A stretch of DNA of 64,000 nt from Malacoraja senta. Lineage: Eukaryota. The number at the start of each line of letters is the position of its first letter. The first letter of the stretch is position 1. Under the pieces are notes generated by a model. It was not told the origin of the DNA and did not search any database. It worked only from the letters and a program-made list of their open reading frames with translations. The stretch covers positions 16,740,001 to 16,804,000 of the forward strand of contig CM075985.1 of assembly GCA_038087875.1 (NCBI GenBank), written 5' to 3'. The position numbers and the translations under genes are program-made. This document shows positions 51,850-62,699 of the stretch, one piece after another.

Positions 51850-53095
51850 ATGTGACCTTATGCTCGAAGACGCTCAACCAAACCCCAAAACCCCGAAGGC
51901 ACCCGACCTCTTAGCCTCACATCCCTGGTCCTCAGATGTGGATCATTTGTTTCTCACAATCGTCATGATATCGTTGGACATTTAAATCATCCTCTACGAC
52001 AATCCTCAACACTGGTGCTCCACAAGGATGCATTCTCACCCCCCCGTACTATACTCCTCATACACTCATGACTGCAGCGAAATACGAATCCAACTCGTTT
52101 TACAAGTTCGCAGATGACATCAACACAGTGAGCTTGATATCAAACAATAACGAGATGCAGTACAGAAAGGAGACTGAGAACTTCATGAACTGGCGCCAAG
52201 ATAACAACCTCTCCCTCAATGCCAGCACAACAAAGGAGATTATGATTGACTTCAAGAAATTAAGTACATACACCCTGGTACACATAGGTAGACACAAAAT
52301 GCAGGAGTAACTCAGCGGGACAGGCAGCATCACTGGAGAGAAGGAATGGGTGACGTTTTGGGTCGAGACCCTGCTTCAGACGCACATAGATGGCGTTTAA
52401 GTAGAGATGGTCGAAAGCTTCAAGCTCCTAAGAATAAATATCACCAGCAATTTGTCTTGGACAAGCCACATTGAAGCAATGGCCAAGAAAGCACACCAAC
52501 ACATCAACTTTCATAGAAGGCTTAGGAAATTTGACATGTCCCCAACAATCCTCACAAACTTCTATAGATGCACTGCACAAAGCACTTTATTGGGATGCTT
52601 TACGGTGTTTCGGAAGAGCTCCATCCAAGACTGCAACAAATTGCAGAGCTTTCTGGACATGGCCCAGAACATCAAGCAAACTAACCTCCATCCCATTGAG
52701 GCAAGGCCACCAGCATAATCAAGAAACAATCTCACCCCTATCACACACTCTTCTCCCTTCTCCCATCAGGCAAAAGGTACAGAAGTTTGAAAATGCATAC
52801 CTCCAGATTCAGGGACAGTTTCTTCCCAGCTGTTGCCAGGCAACTGAACGGTCCTCTCATCAGTTAGAGTGTGGTCCTAACTTCCCATCTACCTCATTGG
52901 AGACATTTGAACAATCTTTAATCAGACTTAGCTGTACCTTATCTTGCACTAAACGTCATTCCCTTCATCATTTATCTCTACACAGTGGACGACTTGATTA
53001 TAATCATGTCATGTTTTTCCATTTGACGGGGTAGCACGCAAACAAAAGCTATTTATTGTTCCTCGGTACACGTGACAATAAGTAATGAAACTAAA
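51850..53095 (+). mobile_element. Older Rex1-like LINE 3' fragment
   Basis: NTGAPQGC, FYKFADD, KKAHQ...RRLRKF, TNFYRC; tail cacgtgacaataag...ctaaac. Confidence 0.82.
52288..52382 (-). mobile_element. PLE mini-element with 7-bp TSD
   Basis: TSD cacatag at 52281-52287 and 52383-52389, interrupting the LINE RT. Confidence 0.85.
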
Positions 53096-53261
53096 CAATT
53101 TACTCTAAATTAGGCATGACTTCTTTCCTCCAAATTTAAAATGTGCTTAATCCACATCTGGTTGCATTTCTTCACAATATTTTATCTCCATTGAACTTAC
53201 ATGATACTGAATTAAATATCAGAACATTGCGTGGGCTGATTTTTTATTTTTTTTTGTTTTT

Positions 53262-53542
53262 TTTTAGTTTAGAGATACAGTGCCGACCGGTGATGCCCGC
53301 ACATTAACACTATCTTATACCCACTAAGGAAAATTGTTATATTTACCAAGCCAATTAACCTACATACCTGCACGTCTTTGGAGTGCGGGAGGAAATCGAA
53401 GATCTCGGAGAAAACCCATGCAGGTCACGGGGAGAACATAAAACTCCGTACAGACAGCACCCGTAGTGAGGATCAAACCCGGGTCTTCAGCGCTGCATTC
53501 GCTGTAAGGCAGCAACTCTACCGCTGAGCCACTATGCCGCCC
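53262..53542 (-). mobile_element. HE1-type SINE
   Basis: Family consensus in reverse. Confidence 0.83.
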
Positions 53543-53669
53543 AAAGTACCAATGTTATTCTTCTCTCAGACAATTATTGATTTTCAAGAAGATTACTTGC
53601 ACTGTGTGCTATTCATACAATGTTTCCATGATGAGAAAAATTACACAATCCAATAGTTGAATCAAAACC

Positions 53670-54100
53670 CCAGGAATGAGTAGGTTAACATGAGATGAGT
53701 GTTTGACCGCACTGGGCCTGTACTCGCTGGAGTTTAGAAGAATGAGGAGGGACCTCATTGAAACGTACAGAATAGTGAAAGGCTTGGATAGAGTGGATAT
53801 GGAGAGGCTGTTTCCAATAGTGGGAGAGTCTAGGACTAGAGGTCATAGCCTCAGAATTAAAGGACGTTCTTTTAGGAAGGAAATGAGGAGGAATCTCTTT
53901 AGTCAGAGGGTGGTGAATCTGTGGAATTCTTTGCCACAGAAGGCTGTGGAGGCAAAGTCAGTGGATATATTTAAGGCAGCGATAGATAGATTCTTGTACG
54001 GTGTCAGTTATGAGGAGAAGGCAGGAGAATGGGGTTAGGAGAAGGAGATAGGGAGTATTGATGGGCCTAATGGCCTAATTCTGCTACTATCTCTTGTGAT
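53670..54100 (+). mobile_element. CR1/HER1 LINE 3' fragment with ORF2 C-terminus
   Basis: LGLYSLEFRRMRRDLIETYRI...TRGHSLRI...FSQRVVNLWNSLP. Confidence 0.9.
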
Positions 54101-54774
54101 CTTACAAAAACATATTTTATTGTAAAGTTACAAGGAGAGCCCAGTGATTTCTTCAGGCAACGCTGACAGACCTTGGCAACTCCAGGAGATCCCAGGCATT
54201 CGAGGCAGTTGGCAACCTCCAGGTGTGTTCAGAGCAGTCAGCCAAGTGCACATTAAACCTTCTGCTATGGCATAAGCATGATAAACTATATTGTTAATTG
54301 CTGCCTCAACCTGAACCACTCCTCAGCCCCTTCCACAGTCGGGACCTGATGTTTGCTGTACTAATAATGGCAAGGCTGTCGGCTGTTACTCCTAATGGGT
54401 AAAACTGGCGGCAACATCCCATGTTTTACATGCACCACTGAATGCTGACATCTGGAAGTTGTTGCATGAACACAATAATTTTAATCTTCAATCCTCCCTG
54501 TCCCACCAGCAATCAGTATAAAAATATTACAATGCATAGATCTTAAACACTCTTGCACATTATTCAGTGCAACCACTGCTCCCTCCCTCATCTCATTATA
54601 GTCACTGGTTCTGATTATAATCAAGACATACAACAGCAAATCTCTAATCTAGAAGAAAATGGATGATAGATAGTATTGAAGGGAATTTTATGTTTCACTT
54701 GTACTCTGAATCTGGCTTTCACGTGGGTCCCACTTGCCCTTTTAATAACGGCTCAGATAGGAACAGACAGTTTT

Positions 54775-55235
54775 GGGCGGCATGGTGACACAGCGGTAGA
54801 GTTGTTGCATTACAGCGCCAGTGACCCAGGTTCAATCCCGACTATGGGTTGTCTGTACGGAATGTGAACGTTCTCCGCGTGACTACGTGGGTTTTCTCCA
54901 GCCGGGTGCTCCAGTTTCCTCCCCCCCACTCCAAAGATGTGCAGGTTTGTAGGTTAATTGGCTTCTGTAAAATTGTAAATTGTCCTGAGTGTGTAGGATT
55001 GTAAGAAAACATAGAAAATATGTGCAGGAGGAGGCCATTTGGCCCTTCGAGCCAGCATCACCATTGATTGTGATTATGGCTGATTATCCACAATCAGTAA
55101 CCCGTGCCTGCCTTCTCCCCATATCCCTTGATTCCGCTAGCCCTTGGAGCTCTATCTAGTGTATGGGGATCGCTGGTCAGCACTGCCTCAGTGGGGCGCA
55201 GGGCCTGTTTCCATGCTGTATCTCTAAACTAAACG
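54775..55235 (+). mobile_element. HE1-type SINE interrupted by a minus-strand CR1 tail (~55003-55157)
   Basis: gtgtgtaggat resumes as tagtgtatggggatcg after the insert. Confidence 0.8.
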
Positions 55236-55364
55236 AAGAATATCCCAAGAGCAGTGATGAATTTCACAAACAAGTCAGTTTATTCAAGACTTTAACAATA
55301 TGCACTCTGATAAAACCCAAAATATTTCAAAGATTCACAGCCTCTGTGTTTCAATGGTTACACA

Positions 55365-56075
55365 CAAATTTTACCGAAGCCAATGAACCCACAAACCTGC
55401 ACATCTTTGGGGTGTGGGAGGAAACCGGAGCACCCAGAGAAAACCCACGTAGTCACTCGGAGAATGTACAAAACCGTACAGACTAAACCCATAGTCAGGA
55501 TCAAATTCTACAGGTGCACAGTAGAGAGCATGCTGACCGGTTGCATCGTGGCTTGGTTCGGCAACTTGAGTGCCCTGGAGAGGAAAAGACTACAAAAAGT
55601 AGTAAACACTGCCCAGTCCATCATCGGCTCTGACCTCCCTTCCATCGAGGAGATCTACCACAGTCGCTGCCTCAAAAAGGCTGGCAGCATCATCAAGGAC
55701 CCACACCATCCTGGCCACACACTCATCTCCCTACTACCTTCAGGTAGAAGGTACAGGAGCCTGAAGACTGCAACGACCAGGTTCGGGAACAGCTACTTCC
55801 CCACAGCCATCAGGCTATTAAACCTGGCTCGGACATAACACTGAACTTTACTAGCCAATACTGTTATTTGCACTTTATCAGTATATTGACCATTGTGTAT
55901 ATATTTATAGAATGCCTTGTAGTAAATGCCTACTATGTTCTGTTGTGCTCAAGCAAAGCAAGAATTTCATTGTCCTACCAGGGACACATGACAATAAACT
56001 CACTTGACTTGACTTGAAATCCAGGTCTCTGGCACTGTAAAGCAACAACTCTACCGCTGTGTCACCATGCCGCCC
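55365..56075 (-). mobile_element. HE1-type SINE interrupted by a Rex1 fragment
   Basis: gtcaggatcaaa resumes as aatccaggtctctggc after the insert. Confidence 0.8.
55506..56017 (+). mobile_element. 5'-truncated Rex1/Babar-like LINE (3' ~510 bp)
   Basis: [19 protein letters not shown]...LLNLART nearly identical to the C-terminus of the 4583-7816 copy; (cttga)n tail. Confidence 0.9.
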
Positions 56076-56218
56076 ACACTGTCTGATCCTACCTGCCGTA
56101 TTTTAAGGGAAACTGGGGCCCATGTGAAAGCCAGATTCAGAGTACAGGTGAAACATAAAATTCCCTCCAATACTATCTATCACCCATTTCTTTCTAGACA
56201 AGAGAATATATATATATA

Positions 56219-57741
56219 CAGCGCATTCAAAAAGTATTCAGACCGCTTCACTTTTTCCACATTTTGGTACGTTACAGCCTTATTTTTAAATGGATTAAAT
56301 TCTTTTTTTTTTATCATCATTCTACACACAATACCCTAGAATGAAGAAGCGAAAACAGGTGTTCAGAAATGTTTACAAAGTAATTAATAAGAAATAACTG
56401 TAATATCACATTTACATAAGTATTCAAACTCTTTGCTATGACACTCAAAATTGAGCTTAGGTTCATCCTGTTTCCATTGATTATCCTTGAGATGTTGCTA
56501 CAACTTGATTGGAATCCACCAGTGGTAAATTAAATTGATTGGAAATGATTTGGAAAGGCACACACCTGTCTTTACACGGTCCCACAGTTGACAGTGCATG
56601 TCAGAGCAAAAACCAAGCCATGAAGACAATGGAATTGTCCGTAGACCACCGAGACAGGATTGTGTCGAGACACAGATCTGGGGAAGGGTATAAAACAATT
56701 TCTGCAGCATTGCAGGTCCCAAAGAGCACAGTAGCCTCCGTCATTCTAAATGGAAGAACTTTGGAACCACCCGGCCAAACTGAGCAATCAGGGGAGTAGG
56801 GCTTTGGTCAGGGAGGTGACCAAGAACCCGATGGTCACTCTGACAGAGCTCCAGAGTTCCTCTGTGGAGATGGGAGAATTTCCAAAAGGGCAACTATATC
56901 TGCAGCACTCCACCAATCAGGCCTTTATGGTAGAGTGGCCAGACGGAAGCCACTCCTCAGTAAAACCCACATAACAGCCCGCTTGGAGTTTGCCAAACGG
57001 CATGAGAAACAAGATTCTCTGGTCTGATGAAACTAAGATTGAACTCTTTGGCCTGAATGCCAAGCATCATGTCTGGACGAAACCAGTCACCTCTCATCAC
57101 CTGGCCAATACCATACCTACAGTGAAGCATGGTGGTGGTAGCATCATGCTGTGGGGATGTTTTCAGCAGCAGGAAACTGGAGACTAGTCAGGGATCAAGG
57201 GAAAGATGAATGGAGCAAAGTACAGAGGCGAGATCCTTGATGTAACCTCACCAACTTCTGGACCATCAAGCACACCAACCCAGAGAGTGCTTGTGACAAG
57301 TCTGTGAATGTCCTTGAGTGGCCCAGCCAGAGCCCGGATTTGAACAAAATCGAACATCTCTGGAGGGACCTGAAAATAGCTGTGCATTGACGCTCCCCAT
57401 CCAACCTGACATAGTTTGAGTGGTTCTGCAGAGAAGAATGGGAGAAATTACCCAAATACAGGTGTGCCAAGCTTGTAGCGTCATACCCAAGAGGACTTGT
57501 GGCTGTAATCACTGCCAAAGGTGCCTCAACAAAGTACTGAGTAAAGGGTCTGAATATTTATGTAAATGTGATATTTCAGTTCTTTCTTTTTAATTACTTT
57601 GCAAAAATTTCTAAACACCTATTTTTGCTTTTATGTTGTGGGGTATTGTGTGTAGATTGATGTTAAAAAAATGAATTTAATCCATTTTAGAATAAGGCTG
57701 TGACGTAACAAAATGTGGGAAAAGTGAAGGGGTCTGAATAC
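56219..57741 (+). mobile_element. Tc1/mariner DNA transposon (IR/DR type, second family), decayed
   Basis: Starts TA|cagcgcattcaaaaagtattcagacc; ~210-bp TIRs (56219-56437 vs 57539-57741) with inner repeats; transposase fragments [45 protein letters not shown]. Confidence 0.92.
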
Positions 57742-57807
57742 GTGTGTGTGTGTGTGCGTGTGTGTGTGTGTCCGTGTCTGTGTCTGTGTCTGTGTGTGTG
57801 TGTGTGT
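57742..57807. repeat. (GT)n / (GTGTCT)n microsatellite replacing the outer tip of the Tc1 right TIR
   Basis: Direct reading. Confidence 0.9.
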
Positions 57808-58523
57808 CATTAAGGATGATCAGCCATGATCATATTGAATGGCAGTGCTGCCTCGAAGGGCCGAATGGCCTGCTCCTGCACTTATTTTCTACGTTTCCAT
57901 GTTTCTATTTGTGAGTATGTGTATATATACATACAGTGAACTTTTTTTTTTCTCTCTCGTTTATTTTGTTGTTTACAGTGTACTCTGTTTACATATTCTG
58001 TTGTGCTGCTGCCAGTGAGAATTTTATTGTTCTATCTGGGACATATGACAATAAAACACTCTTGACTTGAACCTAAACACATGATAAATCTATTTATTGC
58101 CTCTCCTAACACCCGGAAGTCTCCCCTTCAATATGTTGCCATCTTTTCCCCATCATGCTTCCACAGTAGGTAAGCTCTCAGATGAAACATATTGCAAACT
58201 ACTCATCTTTCTTATAATTTTCAGAATTGCCTACATTAGGCAAAACTAAAGGTGATATGTAATACTAGAAGCACATTCCATTCTGCTTCTGAAATTCTAT
58301 CCCATTGACTTCAGGCAGCTGATATTACACTGTGAGTTCGCCTACGAACTAAAGATACATTTCCAAGAATGCATTTTAAAATTCTAAAATATGCTTGAAC
58401 CAAATTTCACACTGGAGTCAGGCCAATTCCTCAATAAACAACTCAATTTAGAATTATTTACAAGTTGAATGATAACAAGATTAAAAATAAAATATGTCTA
58501 CAACACTTTTCAGTTTGCAATCA

Positions 58524-58995
58524 CGAAGGGTCTCAACCCGAAACGTCACCCATTCCTTCTCTCCAGAGATGCTGCCAGTCCCGCTGTTACCCCAGCTTTT
58601 TGTGTCTATCTGCAATCATATCATATTGCTCAAGATAGACACAAAAAGCTGGAGTAACTCAATGGGCGAGACAGCATCTCTGGAGTAAAGGAGTAGGTGA
58701 CGTTTCCGGTTGAGACCCTTCTTCTGACTGAGGGAAAAGGGAAACGAGAGATATAGACGATGATATGGAAAGATATAGAACAAATGAATGAAAGATAAAC
58801 AAAAAAGTAACGATGATAAAGGAAACAGCGCATTGTTAGCTGTGGGCCCAGATGAAATTGAGTTGCTGACAATGACACTCAACAAGATTTCAAGCTAGTA
58901 CGACTTGGGTGGGGGAGGGATGGCGAGAGAGGGGATGCAGGGTGACCTGAATGTAGAGAAATCAATAGTGATACAGTTGGTTCGTAACCTGCCCC
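58524..58995. mobile_element. Tail-to-tail PLE pieces: plus-strand mini-element and minus-strand PLE 3' end
   Basis: gaagggtctcaacccgaaacgtcaccc (+); 58632-58995 is the reverse of the 8430-8760 region. Confidence 0.8.
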
Positions 58996-59509
58996 AGTTG
59001 CTCAGTTGTTTTGTGCATGTTACTCCACAAGTCTAAATCTGGGGGTTATATCAGATATTTTTACCCCACAATCAAGTTTTCATTTTGGAGTTTTTTTATT
59101 CTCTTTACAACCCTACATAGAAATACCAATAAAATCATTATAAATAGAACTGTAAAAAATATATACAGGCAAAGGAACAACGTCTTAATATTCGGTATCA
59201 ATATCCTTTACTCATTGTTTAACAACATATGCTTCAATAGAAGCAGTGATATCAACCTCTTCTAGCATGTTGTATATGTTATTCCCACATCAATTTGACT
59301 GGTGCTTAATAGCCCTCTGTATAAATGTGTCCAGCATTGCAGCCAGCGCAAAGGCCCTGTTGGGGGAGGACCACAGCCGAGGATCCTTCTACTGCAGGAA
59401 ATACTGTAAAGGGCTGAATCTAGTGGGGACATCTCCCAAACAATGAATATCATCCAAGGGGCCACATGAGTGGCAAGGGTGTTTTGTGTAAAAGCACATG
59501 CTAACACTA

Positions 59510-59800
59510 CTGAGCATCTCCGGAGAACATGGATAGGACTTGTTTCAGGTCAAAATCCTCCACCCTCTCCTCTGGGACCTCACCTGATGGTAGGTGAGGA
59601 AGGGAGGGGTGGAGGAAGAAAGCTGGAAGAGGGGAGAGGCAGGACGAAGTGTGGCATACAATAGGTGGACACAGGTGAGGGGGTTTTGGTGGGCAGATGG
59701 TTGGAACAAAGACCAGAGATAAAAGGAGAAAGTGTGAGACAGCATTGAAGAGTTGCGAATTGTGAAGCCAGAGGGAGGAAAGTAGCTGGAGGGAAGAAAT
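59510..59800 (-). mobile_element. PLE 3' UTR fragment
   Basis: Reverse similarity to 32870-33150. Confidence 0.65.
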
Positions 59801-60793
59801 AGGTGGCACTTCCTGAGGTCAGCCAATGCTTAGTTCATTCGACAACATCAACATCTAGTTGGATTGATACATGTTGCCGAAATAAAGTACAGTGAATACA
59901 TCCCTTTGATTTCTAATACCAGACACAAACTTGTTCATGGTGCGGTAGTTTGCGTCTGTTTAAACTCCCACGTCAGGATTTACAACACCTCCTCGAGCCT
60001 GTCACAGCATGCTAAATAGTTCATTATCTTTCAATTTTAGGAAATAAGATTCATTCAAAGTCTACTCAGAGATAGAAATTATTTTAAAATGATAATGGTT
60101 CATCAATCAATGTTAAATGTTATTTAGCAATAGGTTATTTTTATTTTTCATTAAAAGCAGGAGGCAGGATTCTCTAATGAATCCACTGGAAGTATTAAAT
60201 TGGATTTAGTGCAGTCACGCTGCAGGAATAACGCATCTTTAATTATTAATTTCTAGCTTAATGATACAAAAATAAGCTTTAAATTATTTTTGGTTGACTG
60301 ATTAATTCCCATCAAAAATTGCAAAGAAATTAAAATTTAGATAGCAAACATATTAATTCTCATTAGAATTCTATAATTTTGTCTCAGCAAATTACACTTC
60401 AGGGTAAATAGTCTAAGAGTATTTGGAAGTGAAGGGGGTAAAATTGGATCTTCCCCAAAAGTGGAAATAGGGCTCTTAATGCAGGGATTAACTCCTGCCC
60501 AGTCAACTCCAATGCAGGCAACAGAACAGATCCCGCGTCTAATAAGGTCAGGGTCCAGCGAACACCACACACTCTGCTCATTATAGCCTCAGTGGGGAGC
60601 CCGATTTTATGAGTGGGAAGCACAAACCAAAACCAGACTGCATTATTTAAAGCCAGACCAGACTGAGGGAAGCAGTATCTTGTTACTGCAATAGCTAACC
60701 AGCTTGGCTATCACATCTTACCCCTGCTTCCCATGACTTCTGCAGCCAACCTCTGTGGGTCACTTAAGGCAGTGCAGCATCACAGCAAAGACT

Positions 60794-60994
60794 GAAGAAA
60801 GGAACTGCAGATGCAGGTTTACACAACAGGACACAAAGTGCTGGAGTAACTCAGCAGGTCAGGCAGTATCTTTGGATAACATGGATAGGTGACATTTATT
60901 CCATCTGAAGAAGGGTCCCAACCCAAAACGTCATCTATCCATGTTCTCCAGAGATGCTGCATGATCCGCTGAGTTACTCCTGCACTTTATGTCC
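60794..60994. mobile_element. Palindromic PLE mini-element with 14-bp TSD
   Basis: TSD tcacagcaaagact at 60780-60793 and 60995-61008; core tctgaagaagggtcccaacccaaaacgtc. Confidence 0.85.
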
Positions 60995-61285
60995 TCACAG
61001 CAAAGACTCCCAACCTCCCAATCTCTCATCGCATTACCCTCCGATAAATAATCCCTTCTGCAGATGGAGTCACCTCTTTCAATCCCTCTCCCCTCACCAC
61101 TCCCAGGGGATCATTAATCTCTGGAACTCTTAGGCCTGGTTGGTGCTGGAAGCCGAATCATTAGAAGTATTTTCATTGAGGTGGATAAATATTTGCTATA
61201 TCATGGAATAGAGGGGTATGGAGAAAATGCGCAGAAGAGGCCAAAATCGTATGAAATTGGGGGAGGGCAGGCTTGAAGGGCCAAA

Positions 61286-62169
61286 TAGTATAGTATAGTA
61301 TAGTAGTATAGTATTTTAATGACCACACAGCCAAGCTGGTGGAATTTTGGGTTGTCAGCAGCGATACAATAATAAAGAACACACAACCACAATAAAAAAT
61401 GTAACACAAACATCCGCCACAGCATTCAACACTGTGGTGGAAGGCACAAAAATTTGGCCAATCCTCCTCCATTTCCCCTCCGTGAACAGGACCAGAGTCC
61501 AGAATCAGTCCAGGATCGGCTCTTCCTCACCGGAGACCGCGGCTTTAAGTTGTTGTAGGCCGAAGGCCGGCTGTCGAGATTTAAAGTCTCCGCCGCAGCC
61601 AGAAGCACCATAGACTGCAGGGCCGGCGGTCGAAGCTCCCCTGCAGGGGTGTTGGTAAGTCCATGCCGGCCCCGCGGTAGAAGTTGGCCGCGGGCCGGCA
61701 ATGATGGCTTCTTCTTCCCCCGGGTCCCCCACGAGGGATCCCGGGCTGTAGACGCCGCACCAGCTGGAGTTCTGCAGACCGCGACTTCAGGCTGCGACTT
61801 CAGGCTGCCGGCTGCCCCGGGCCAGCGAAACGGAGCGCTCCCCTCCAGCGAGCCCCAGCGAGGGCTCACCCGCTCCACGCCGAGAGTCCACGCTGCGCCT
61901 GCCGCTGAAGCCCCGGGCGCGTCTCCGGGAAAGGCCGCGCCGATCCTTGATGTTAGGCCACGGGGGAGGCGACCTGGAAAAAGTCGCCTCTCCATGGAGG
62001 AGGCGACCGAAGCGGTTCCCCCCTTACCCCCCCACACCACCCCCCACACAAGACACACAAAGATACACAAAATACATACTTTAAAACATACTAAAAAATA
62101 AAAAAAAGTTGAAAAAACGGACGCGCTGCTGACATGGCCGCTGCCCAGAGCAGCGCCCCCTACATCTCC
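61286..62169 (-). mobile_element. GC-rich non-coding retroposon-like element (copy C) inserted in a CR1 tail
   Basis: 5' ggagatgtagggggcgctg, T-rich spacer, CpG-rich body, (ctata)n tail; host gaagggccaaat resumes as cctattcctgctcc. Confidence 0.72.
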
Positions 62170-62422
62170 TATCTCCTATTCCTGCTCCCATTTTCTTGTC
62201 TCATCACCTTGGTCTTCTTTTTGCATCCTTTCAGATAACCACATGTACAACTAGCCCAGACACTTGGTGCAACGCTCACAGCCATCCGCCGAGATACCAA
62301 CGTTTTATGTGGTTGAGAAGCATGATGCTTCCATAAGATTAGAGTAGATTAGTTTACTCCTTATTCACATTAAGCTCATGGAGTAAACAATATACATAGA
62401 GTAATGATAAATACAACAATTT

Positions 62423-62580
62423 GGGGCAGCACAGTGGCACAGTGGTAGAGTTGCTGCCGTACAGCACCAGAAATCCGGGTTCGATCCTAACTACGGGTGT
62501 TGCCTGCAAGGAGTTTGTACATTCTTCCATGTGACCACGTGGGTTTTCTCCGGGTGCTCCGGATTCCATCCGCATTCCAA
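62423..62580 (+). mobile_element. HE1-type SINE, 5' half
   Basis: ggggcagcacagtggcacagtggtagag...ggttcgatcc. Confidence 0.8.
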
Positions 62581-62699
62581 TGCCAATGAGTGCAAAATAG
62601 CAGAATGTGCAAGATCTTTGTGCAACATCCAAGCAGTGCAAAAGGAATATTGAGACATAATAAAGAATGACAATGAGGTAGAGTGGAAGGGAAAGGTCA

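Noticed and set aside
59010-59260. Possible L1/Tx1 C-terminal remnant
   Set aside because: Too degenerate to assign by eye
62151-62166. CTCF-like cagcgccccctac at the head of GC-rich copy C
   Set aside because: Only half of the CTCF consensus matches
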